Source: Sminthopsis crassicaudata (taxonomy: Eukaryota). Taken from it: a DNA stretch of 64,000 nt. The translations under genes were made by a program, and so were the position numbers. The notes beneath the pieces were generated by a model. That model made no database searches, was not told where the DNA came from, and saw only the letters and a program-made list of their open reading frames with translations. Location of the stretch: positions 117,988,852 through 118,052,851 of the forward strand of contig NC_133620.1 in the NCBI RefSeq assembly GCF_048593235.1, read 5' to 3'. Positions 1 through 10,387 of the stretch are shown here, one piece after another (position 1 is the stretch's first letter; every line of letters begins with the position of its first letter).

Positions 1-817
1 GCATACCCAGACACATAAAAAGCTACAAGGGATCTTAGAAATGTCATCTAAAAAACATAGCTATGAAAATAGGCACAAATGTATCTGTAAAACACTGTTG
101 GTGGAACTAGATTAATTCGACCACTGTGTTAAGCAACTTGAAATTATGTTTAAAATATGTTTAAAATGTGACTTAAAATGTCCAGACTCTTTTATAGATC
201 TCCCTGCTAGGTTTCCATTCCAAAGAAGTCAAAGACAGAAAGGGCCCAAATATTTCCAATATATTCATGATAGTACCTTTTATGATGTCAAGAAACTGAA
301 ATAAAACAGATGCCTATTGATTGGGGAACAACTAAAGAAGTTACAGTATGTGAATGTAATGATTAATAAGAAATTAGTAAGAAATAATATGAATTCAGAG
401 AAGCATGGGAAATTTTTTTTATGAACTGTGGGAAAGTAAAATAAGTAGAACCAGTAAGATAATGCACACAGAAATTATTACAATGTAAATGACAGAAAAA
501 AAAAAAAGTTGAATTCTATCTTTGAGATTGTAAATTCCTAAGGATAGGGACTATCTCTTTCCTTTTTCTGTAAGCACTTAGCAACAGTGCTTGGCACATG
601 ATGGCTATTTAATGTTGTTTGAATGATCTGATTGGAAACTTGAGTGGAAGAAGTTAACAGCATGGAAACAGAATAGTTATTCCCCCAAGAAGTTCCCCAC
701 AATCTTCATCAAACTTTCCCCAACTCAGGTCCCGAAAGAAGAAAATCTTTTCAACCTCATCTTTATGGTATTCACTTAGGTTTTTAGTGAGATAAGCCAA
801 CTATTTGATCCCCTTAC

Positions 818-3374
818 CTCAGTAGAACTGAGCTGCTGGTCACCAACAAAAGCAGCATGAAGGTGATAACCCGACAGGCCGAGGGCACTCATATGCACAG
901 TGTGGGTGACCTGAGGAGTGCAGGTTAGCAAGTTAATGGAGAGCTCTGCTCTTCCTTACCATTCAAGGAATCCCTTAACATAACACATCTATGAAGGTCA
1001 TACTGATTTGCAATTCCTAAATTGCATTCTGCATCCACTACTCCCTCCCCACTGGGAAGATACCAGTACCACTTTGAATAAAAAAGTAAAAGGATACAGG
1101 ACTTGCAGGGTTTCATCCTTCTATTTCAAATCATGCAGCCTTGCTAGAGGCTAGAAATAGGAGGTGGCTTGGAAAGACTTAAATCAACTGTTGCTGAGTG
1201 AAAGGAGCTGAACCAGAAGATCACTATACACTTCAACAACAATACTGTATGAGGATGTATTCTGATGGAAGTGGAAATCTTCAACATAAAGAAGATCCAG
1301 CTCACTTCCAGTTGATCAATGATGGACAGAAATAACTACACCCAGAGAAGGAACACTGGGAAGTGAATGTAAATTGTTAGCACTACTGTCTATCTACCCA
1401 GGTTGCTTATACCTTCGGAAGCTAATAATTAATGTGCAACAAGAAAATGGTATTTACACACATATATTGTATCTAGGTTATATTGTAACACATGTAAAAT
1501 GTATGGGATTACCTGTCATTGGGGGGAGGGAGTGGAGGGAGGGAGGGGATAATTTGGAAAAATGAATTAAAAAAAAAAAAGAAATAGGAGGTGGTAGAAT
1601 GGAGGGATTCAGAAATAGACTGGAACAAAGGAGTGGTGGTCTGGGGGTCTCTATAGAAAAATGAGAACACCTGGAAGTGGCTGCTCAGAACCTTGTTGAC
1701 AATGAATTTCACTCCCTCCATCTGTGCCGGAAATACATCTAAAATACAGGAATAAAAGAAAAGATAAGTCTAGACTTGGGCCCTCTAATCACAAGGAAAC
1801 CTCCTCCCAAAGAGAAAAAAATTATTTCTTGAAGGCTATTACTCTCTCCTTAAACCTTGGACTGTGACCTAATACTCCTGAGAATATTCACTCAGATTTT
1901 AGGAAATTATCTCATCAATTTTACCTCTGTCACTTCAGGTCATTTCTTTGTTCCTGTTGACACCTTTCAATAGAGGTCTCTCATTATGATTCAGTGACAC
2001 TACCATCCTAGTTTCCTAACAGATGTTCCCCATTTCTAGTCTCTCTTCCATTCCAATATATCCTTCGTGCTACAATAAAAATATTCTTCCATATGCTCCT
2101 CTTCTAAACTCTTTCAATGATTCCCTACTACCTAAATAAAGAATTGCATAAATGCCTGTCATTTAAAGCCCTCAACAAGCTAGTGCCATTTTATCTCAAG
2201 CCAATCCCTTTATATAGTCTAGACTCTAACCGAACCGGACTACTCTATCCCCAGAATACACCCTAATCTTCCTAACCTCCATGCCTGGGGTCATGCTGTT
2301 CTGTATACCTGAAAAGTCTCCCCTCTCTTTATCCCCTCCCTTAAAAGCCCTAGGAGGGGTCAGACACAAGGCACAGGGCTAGTGAGCAGATAAGGCCCTT
2401 TCCCAAAAAAGTCTCAAAAGACATTTGTTATTATTATTATTATTATATCTGCTTGCCCCAGGTGATCCCTGGATAGTCTTCTTGATTATTTATCCTTCCA
2501 TCCCTACCCTTGGAGGTTCAGGTTCAAGCTGGAGTGGAGTTTGAGGCAAACCCTGCTTCCTCTAAGAAATTTCTGAGTCCTTCTTTTACCCTTTCCCTTT
2601 TAGACCTCATAGACACTTCTCTAATGTACTTAAAAGGCATCATCACTTATTATAGTCTTCATACTTTTTACACCTCTCTACCACATCTCTCTACAACTCA
2701 GCTATGAGGGCCTATTTGCTTCCTCTTGCCCAAGATTCTCCATCTCTGCACAGAATAATACTCTCCCTTCTCATCTTCATTTTCGGGCTCCCTCTGAGGT
2801 TCAGCTCAATCCCCATCTTCTGCCGGAGAACTTCTCCAGAAGACACTCCCCCCTGCCTCCTGCCCACCAAGAAAACCTTCCATTTACATTGTATCTATTG
2901 CAGGTTACACAGTTTGTTAGCACTGTCCATTTACATTGTATCTATTGAATGTTACTCAGTTTGCACGTAGACCATTTACATTGTATCTACTGAATGTTAC
3001 ACATTTGTTTGCACGTTGTTCACACGATTAAATGTGAGCTCACAGAAGTCAGGGCTGCATTTGCCTTTCTCTGAATCCCCCGCACTTCGTCCAGTTCTTG
3101 GAATACAATAAGAGCTTACTTAATAAGTTACCTGGATAGGATTCTAATTTCCAAACTAGACGAAAATGATTGATATCCCTCCTGGCTAAGACGTGCAGGA
3201 CTTGGCAAACAATTGGTGCTCAATCAATGACTAAGAGAGTTTTCTGCAAGAATTCCCACCTTTGCAGAGTCGATGCAATTCATCGAAACTCCCCGGATTG
3301 GGCAGCGGCTCCTCCCGACGGGCGCCTCGGCGGGGCAGAGCTCCCAGAGGAGCCAGACCCAACATGTTCCCCAT
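818..3374 (-). CDS. TOMM40L: TOMM40L (mitochondrial import receptor TOM40B), 5' partial; the gene continues off the left edge of the window
   Basis: Coding exons 3374-3260 (MGNMLGLAPLGALPRRGARREEPLPNPGSFDELHRLCK), 1738-1671 (DVFPAQMEGVKFIVNKVLSSHFQ) and 910-818 (VTHTVHMSALGLSGYHLHAAFVGDQQLSSTE). All have GT-AG boundaries and compatible phases (115/68/93 nt). The peptide matches the recalled TOMM40L N-terminus. Confidence 0.96.
1168..1579 (+). mobile_element. 5'-truncated young LINE-1 (3' UTR + polyA) in a TOMM40L intron
   Basis: Near-identical to the 3' UTR of the L1 at 14946-15831. Has an A-tail and a perfect 15-bp TSD AGAAATAGGAGGTGG at 1153-1167 and 1580-1594. Confidence 0.92.
2353..2551 (+). 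pseudogene. Inverted duplicated fragment of late TOMM40L exons (end of one exon + intron + start of next)
   Basis: 2372-2389 encodes HRASEQ and is followed by a degenerate donor ATAAG. After about 130 bp of intron-like sequence, 2516-2551 encodes VQVQAGVEFEAN. TOMM40L reads ...HRANEQ|VQVGVEFEAN... across an intron (recalled). Confidence 0.75.
2880..3016. repeat. Three-copy 45-47 bp tandem repeat, core CCATTTACATTGTATCTA(T/C)TG
   Basis: Units start at 2880, 2927 and 2972, within L2-like sequence. Confidence 0.85.
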
Positions 3375-3763
3375 CTCAGCCTGGGGGAGGGGTGGGGGTG
3401 GGGTCCAGGAGAGGGGTCGCTACTGACCTCCCCAGCCCCCGCCGACCCCACCCCCAGCTACCCAGCACCCCAACCCCAGGTGCCTCGACATGCTCGGACC
3501 CTGCAGCTGGAATGGAGGAGGGGAGTGGAGGAAGAGAGAGATATCAGTGGGACAGACGGGCAATGTATATCCCCTTTGCACCCTACCTGTCGCCCCCAAA
3601 TCATGCCCAGCCCCAGCATGTACCCTCCAAGGGGCTCCCTCGCCCCGCCCGCCGCCCCCGGATCCTGCAGCCTTAAAAAGCCCACCCCTCCATCCTCCTT
3701 TGCTTTCTCCGCTGTGTCCAGAGGGCCCCGAGTCCAGCCTGGCTCTGCATCCACGGCCCTTAC

Positions 3764-4420
3764 CTGCTCAGGCCACCGCGCCACCCTTCTACCCCCGGCA
3801 CACCCCGGTCATCTTGATGGGGGCGGCCATCTTGAGTAAGGGCAGAGCCCCGGCTTCACAGTGCCCTCCTAGCGCGGCCGCGAGCGCCATCTTGGACCCT
3901 GGCAGCGAGGGGAGGAAAATACCACCTGGGCATTAGGTGCCACCTCCCATCCTTATTTCACCAATGAGGGAGAGGATCGCTATGTTCCAGAGGCCAATTA
4001 GAAGAAAGAAAATCGTGGCGTGGAGGGCTGGGAGAAGGGAGATTCCAGTACTGTGAGCTTGAATGGGTCCTGGGAATTGATCTACGCTGAAACCCATTCT
4101 TCCAAAGCTACGGGGAGAATCCCGAGGATGCCCACCCTCTAATCGTACTCCCTCTTCTGCGCCAGGCACGCAGCGCAGAATGTGCCATGCCTGGTTCCCC
4201 GGGAGTTTGCATGAGTCTGAGGGACTTCATCCCCCCCTTTTAAAGGCATATATTGGGATTTCGTAAGTGTATTGAACTTACAGTGTAGAAACACTTCCCA
4301 CCCACGCGCCTTGGCAACCCCTCTCTGAATTAGAGCTGTCCGGGGCTTCGAAGGGTGGGAACGATTTGAACGTGGTTTTTCTAAGACAGCATCTTCCCGA
4401 CCTTGATACCACCAATAAAG
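3764..4420 (-). promoter_or_regulatory. TOMM40L CpG-rich promoter and non-coding first exon
   Basis: Minus-strand donor CAG|GTAAG with the exon ending at 3764; acceptor of the next exon at 3381-3382. CpG-rich. YY1-type GCCATCTT motifs at about 3823-3834 and 3884-3895. Confidence 0.7.
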
Positions 4421-6160
4421 GACGACTCTGGACTTCACAGACCTGCAACAAGTGTTTATTATGCGAGTTCTAGGTACAGACACTGCAAAGCGTTAAGGAT
4501 ACCAAGAAAAGGAAGGAGGACGAAGAGGGGAACATATAGTCTAAAGGGGGAGATAACGTGCAAACAATTATGTACAAACAAAATATACGGGCTAAATTAG
4601 AGTCAGTCAGAAAGGTGCAAGCATTAAGGGAAATCGAGAAAGGCTTTTTGCAGAAGGTGCCAACTTAGGGGGACTTGAGGAAACCTTGGAGATGAGGAGG
4701 AAGAAATTTCCAAGCATGCGGGACAGCCAGTGAAGATCCAGAAGTTGAGAGCTGGAGTTATGTTGTAGAAACTTGTAGTGACAGTATCAGTTCCTACTCA
4801 AGGGTTTCGTTTATAGCTATTGCTGTTCAGTCATTTTCAATTCTGTAGGACTCTTGATGACTAATTTTTTGGTAAAGGAATTGGAGTTATTTGCCATTTC
4901 CCTCTCCAGTTCATTTTACACATGAGGAAACAAAGGCGATCTGCGGTAAGTGACCTGCCAAGGATTACATGGCTAGGATAGGGCAGGGCTATTTCCAGAA
5001 TGCATTAAAAATCAACTTAGTTTTCTTGTTTGTGTAGAGGGAGGTAGAGTAGAGTTAGATGGGAAAGGAATATGGAAATTAGAAAAATATAGCAATTTCC
5101 TTTACAAGAATGCCATTTTTTTTTAATAGTTCAACTCTTCCTCCAGAAAAACCCATAAGAAAAGCAGGGTAACAGAATCTTGCAGTCCTCACTCCCACTT
5201 TTCTCTATTCCTCAACCCACAAGCCTGTTAGGATCAGTAAAGGTGCCTTCCAGCAACTTGTTTTGAGAGAGGGAAAAAATAGGAATAGATTCCCTAAATC
5301 TTTAGTTGTTTTTCCCAGTGAATATCATATATTTACAGGATTATATGCTGGAGTCAGAACAAATAAGCCCCTACCCCTCAAAACAATTCTGATCCCCAGT
5401 CAGCTCCCTAGGCCCTAAGCAGTCTCTCACCCCATGGTCAATTCTGTGAAACTTGCTGACTCAGGCTCTGCTGACCAGCTACAATTTGCAGCAGATTAGA
5501 TAATCAAATGACTGGAAGACCTTTAACCTTACAGCACTCTGAATCCCCCAATCAGTCTCTCTCCCAATCTCTGTTTCCAGAGCCATTCACTTGGTGGGGA
5601 GTAAAGCAATCCTAATTATTTTGGTTGGAGGCTGGGCAAGTCATTGATTATCCATCCCCCAAAAGAACACACATTCTGATCTTCCAAATTCCATTACATA
5701 TTAACCTACAGAAAAGGCAAAAACAACAATCTTTACCCTCTGACCCCAAATCTCAAATATCCCCATCCTCCAAGGCTCATTTCTGTACTTACCTTATAGA
5801 CTTCCTCCCTGACCCACACCCCACTGTCTTTAAAGGTTTCCCCAAAATTGCAATTTAGAGAAGAGGGAGAAAAGGTTCCCTCAATAAGAGATGACAAAAC
5901 TGAGAGCCAGAGGAATATATGAAAGACTTTCCAGAGAAGGATTCGGGAATTCTGGTCCTTTCTACCTTTCCAATCTATTTATTCTACTGGGATCTAAATG
6001 CTCCATAACATCTTTGCACTAATAGGTGTTCCTCCATGCTGGAGTTCTCTCCTTCCAACCTCTGATTCTTAGAATACTTAATTTATAAGACTCAGCTCAA
6101 TTTCTCTAGGAGGACTTTCTTGTTCCTGCTCATTCCTTCTATTTAATGGGTGCTCGCTTG

Positions 6161-6178
6161 CACACACACACACACACA

Positions 6179-6213
<35 letters not shown>
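6161..6213. repeat. (CA)n microsatellite
   Basis: Seen directly; one interruption. Confidence 0.97.
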
Positions 6214-6218
<5 letters not shown>

Positions 6219-6268
6219 CTACCCCATTAGAATGAGTTTCTAGAGAACAAAAGCTCTTTCTTTCTTTT

Positions 6269-6435
6269 NNNNNNNNNNNNNNNNNNNNNNNNNNNNNNNN
6301 NNNNNNNNNNNNNNNNNNNNNNNNNNNNNNNNNNNNNNNNNNNNNNNNNNNNNNNNNNNNNNNNNNNNNNNNNNNNNNNNNNNNNNNNNNNNNNNNNNNN
6401 NNNNNNNNNNNNNNNNNNNNNNNNNNNNNNNNNNN
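6269..6435. other. Assembly gap (N run); other gaps at 24506-24781, 25425-25693 and 35030-35163
   Basis: N characters. Confidence 1.
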
Positions 6436-6649
6436 TACAATACCCATATAAAATGGCAAATGTAAATACTTAATATATGTTTATTGGTTGATTGATTTTG
6501 GTCCTCTGTACTTTTTTGTCGGGACCCCTAATTCCTCTGAGAATAGGTCCAAATTAATCTCTCTCTACTATTACTTAATCTCTTCACCTCTCCAATCGCT
6601 GTGATGTTTACCCTAACCATGATCCCTGACCCACAGGGTCTTGTCACAA

Positions 6650-6744
6650 ACTTGGTCACCTGATGGAGGGCAGGGAAATAGGTAGGTATATAAGTCTTTA
6701 TCTCTTCCACAGATTCATACAGCCATCAACCTGACGGGGACAAG
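6650..6744 (+). promoter_or_regulatory. APOA2 proximal promoter and non-coding exon 1
   Basis: E-box GTCACCTGA at 6655-6663 and TATATAA at 6687-6693. Donor AAG|GTAGGA at 6744/6745; next acceptor CCCCTAG ends at 6908. Confidence 0.8.
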
Positions 6745-6935
6745 GTAGGATGAAATCTGGGGGTATTAGAGCTATGATCCTAGGAAGGGAAGGGAATGAA
6801 ATGGACTGGAGGGCTAGAGAGTTCTGAAAAGAGACTCAAGAGAAGTGGTCCTGGAGCTATGACTGCCTATTGCCTACTGAATTTCCTTCCTAATCCTTTT
6901 GCCCCTAGACTGTTCAATACTCACTTGCCATCACC

Positions 6936-7839
6936 ATGAAGCTGCTTACCCTGACTGTTCTGCTCCTGACCATCTGCTCCCTGGAAGGTATGTGCTGGGG
7001 ACAAGGGCAAACGAATCCTGGACAGGCAGACCACCACAGTGGTCCTCTCTCTTTGCAGACTTGGTCCTAGGAGGAAGGTTTCCTGGGTCTTTCCCCATTT
7101 CCCCTAATCCAGTAATCTGGTTCTTTAAAGAAGCAAGGAGCCTGAGACCTGGGTTTGGGCTATTTCTGGAGAGTAAGTCTCTGAACCAGACACCTGGGTT
7201 GAGACTGTGCTTGTTGTGTGGGTCTGCCCAGGAGCCCTGGTTCGGAGACAGGCAACAGAACCGGAGGTGACTGACTTCTTCACTCAATACATTCGGAAGC
7301 TGGCAGATATAGGCAAGGATGTAGCAGAGAAAGTTCAAGTCCCAGAGGTGCAGTCCCAAGTTCAGTAAGTATGGAAAAGGGAAATGGGCTTTGGGAGTTG
7401 GAAGGCCTGCCAGTAGGGATAAAGGGATTAAGGTTGAGGGACAATGGAGTTGGAGAGCAGTATCCTTTAGTAATTCCCATTGCCATTCAATATTTTTTGG
7501 CCATAGGCAAGAGCAGTGACAATGAGAACCTTGTAATTCATGTATATATTTCTAAGAAGGTTCCCTCTTTCCTCTTCCCCCAGCCAAAGCTAGACTAGAG
7601 TTTGATAATCTGGGCCAGTCTGACCTAACACATTCATACATTCCTGCCTCACCTCCCCTTCCCACCCTCCCCACAGTTTCTATACCCATTCATATTGATT
7701 CTTGTATTTTTCTATTCCTAGGGCTTATCTTGAAAAGTCACATGAACAAGTGATCCCACTGGCCAAGAAGGCCTTAACAGACACGATAACCTTTTTCAGC
7801 TCTCTTGTGGAGTCAGGCAAGAAGGCTGCCGACCAATAG
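6936..7839 (+). CDS. APOA2: Apolipoprotein A-II precursor, 100 aa
   Basis: Exons 6936-6987 (MKLLTLTVLLLTICSLE), 7232-7364 (GALVRRQATEPEVTDFFTQYIRKLADIGKDVAEKVQVPEVQSQV) and 7722-7839 (QAYLEKSHEQVIPLAKKALTDTITFFSSLVESGKKAADQ*). Total 52+133+118=303 nt. Has the ALVRR propeptide and fits synteny. Confidence 0.97.
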
Positions 7840-7971
7840 GATTTTTCCTATCTTCAGTTTGTCTTTGGACACACATTTTATAAACTTCAGCTCAATCTCC
7901 CCAAACCCTTTCAGACCAGTCTTCAAGCTGTCCTTTTCCTTCCCAATCCCTGAAAATCCCCTATTTTCTAC

Positions 7972-7977
7972 AATAAA
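7972..7977 (+). terminator. APOA2 polyadenylation signal AATAAA
   Basis: First AATAAA, about 130 nt after the stop codon. Confidence 0.8.
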
Positions 7978-9983
7978 CGCTAAATGAGCTATACTCTGTG
8001 TCTGATGCATTTCTGAAATCTCAAATAGGCAAGGAGTCCTATAATGGGGAAGGAAGAAGGACAAAGGAAGAGGGCAGGTAGGAGTGTTTTCAAAGAGAAA
8101 TGGAGCATTATGATTTGGTGTTTAGGATACAAGGCTGTTTTCCCCAATCAACTAATGATCTGTGTTGGGAGGAAGTTTAACCCAGAGAAGGGTGTTAAGA
8201 GCTAAAAGAACAAAGTGAGAACAAAAAAATTAGGGAAATCCCTCTGCAGGATGGAAGGAGAATGTCATGGTAAAGAACAAGGGCTTACTTGGAGACCTCG
8301 GTGAGAGTATATATTTGAGGAACTCTCTAGAATGGGGGAGACACACAAATTACCCATGATTAAATGTCAAAATATTGATTCCAAAAGGTGTCACCCAGAT
8401 CCTACACAACCTCCAGAATCCCTCCCCCCCACCACACACAAAAAAAACCTCTGATATTTCCTCCCTATTCATTCGTCCAACCTCACCCAATTCTTTAACC
8501 CCTCCTTTTAGAACCTACCACCATCTACTAACCAGGCCCCTTTCCAGGGAAGGCCAAATTCCACCCCATTACTATCCTAGGTCATTAGTGTATTTGGGGT
8601 ATAACCCAGAGTTGATGAAATTTAAAATCCTGGGATGTAGGGCAGGAGGGAAGAAGAAGAAGAAGAATAAAAAGAATAAATAAAATAATCCCAATTTACC
8701 TTTAAAACAACTATTTCTACTAGCTTCCATGTTTATCTAATGACCTTGCTTCCTCTGTTCAGAGATCTTACTATCTCCCAGATAAATTGAGCCTTAGCTC
8801 AACCTCCTCTACATAGCTTTCATGACTCTTCACCAACTAAGTTCACTTTTTTTGCAGGTATCTTATTGGGGAAGGGAAAGATAGTGAAAAAAAAAAATTA
8901 GGAATCTGGGTGCCTGAGTTGGTGCCCTGTATTCTTGTTCTGGTTCTACTAGAAACTGTGACTTCAGGGAAATCACTTGTCAAGAGAAGTCTCTTGCTTC
9001 ATGCTTGGCTTCCTCATTTACAAAATTAAAATACTTACCAGACATAAGTCATGATACAGAATGGGAGTTCATTGAAGGCCTAAGTAAAAGTATCTATTTG
9101 TAAATACAAAAGACATGAAGAATTTGAAGAGCTCTAGATAAGTATAGTGGGATAGAGAGCTAGGCCTGGAGTCAAGAATCTAGCTCTAATCTAGCTTCAG
9201 ATACTAGCTATCTGTCCCTAGGAAAGTTTTATATACATATTTATCTAATACATATGTACATATATACATGCATATATATTGATAGATATAGGCAATATAC
9301 CTATAAATATATAATACAATATATATATGCACACACATAACATTGTGCATATATGGTATTTGTATAGTGCTTACTGTGTGTTACAATGTACAAATTATTT
9401 TATAAATATTATCTTATTTGATCTTCACAATAACCCTGGGAGGTAGGTGCTATGATTATCCCCAATTTTGCAGATAAGGGAACAGACAAATAGAAGTTAA
9501 TTGATTTACCCAAAGTTGTATAACTAAAGCTCAATTTAAACTCATTTTCCTTGCCACTAACTGGTGAGGTAGCATTGAATTTTTATACCCATTTTATAGA
9601 AAGGAAAGTGAGGCATTTGTCCAAGGATATACAACTAGTTAGAGTCAGTCAGGAATAGAACCCAAGTTTCTTGCCTCTAAGTCCTGAACTCTCTTCACTA
9701 CATCCTATACATGTTGGATAAGGTTGTCAGAGGGAATTGCTAAGGCTTGCCAAGACTCCTGGCCCAGTCTACTGAGAGAGACAGATTGCTGTGGGTGATA
9801 GATGGACCTTGGGACTGACTCAGGATGATATTTATATCCCCTAAATGACTTAATATTATATTACCCAACTTTGCTGCCCCTATTTCCCAGTCTCATATAT
9901 GGCTCGAATGATAGATTCTGTAGATCCTGATCAAGGTCAATATTCAATGTCCAGCAGAACAGCAAACTCCAGCCCATGGCAGT

Positions 9984-9989
9984 TTTATT
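9984..9989 (-). terminator. FCER1G polyadenylation signal
   Basis: Minus-strand context CAATAAAACTGCCATGG, which I recall also ends the human FCER1G 3' UTR. A second AATAAA is at 10279-10284. Confidence 0.7.
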
Positions 9990-10387
9990 GAGGGATGAGC
10001 CCCAACCTTCAAAACACCATAATTATCAGAGGAAAGAAAGGGCAGAGAAGGGGATGACATATAGAAAGGTTCAGGAGACCCTTTAATAACATGGAGTGGT
10101 CAAGGGTCAGTATGTGAATGTTAACAAGGGTCATTGACATATTTGCATATTAATGAAGAGTAGTTATATTGAATTGAGCAGGTGGGATTATGTATTAATA
10201 AAGGGGTGTAACCAGCTGATTATCCAAGAAGTGACATCATATCATATTAATGAGGATGGGGATACTTCATGTATTGAGTTTATTGGGCAGTGGTTAGGAT
10301 GATGAAGGGTGCTCAGGTGGTAGAGGGAGTTGGGACTGAGAGATGAAACCCATTGTGTCCATGGGGGCTCTCTTCTTAGTTCCTCTT

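Noticed and set aside
3170-3936. Several overlapping 100-190 aa ORFs on both strands
   Set aside because: GC-rich TOMM40L promoter and first exons. The real coding frame is only 3374-3260 on the minus strand.
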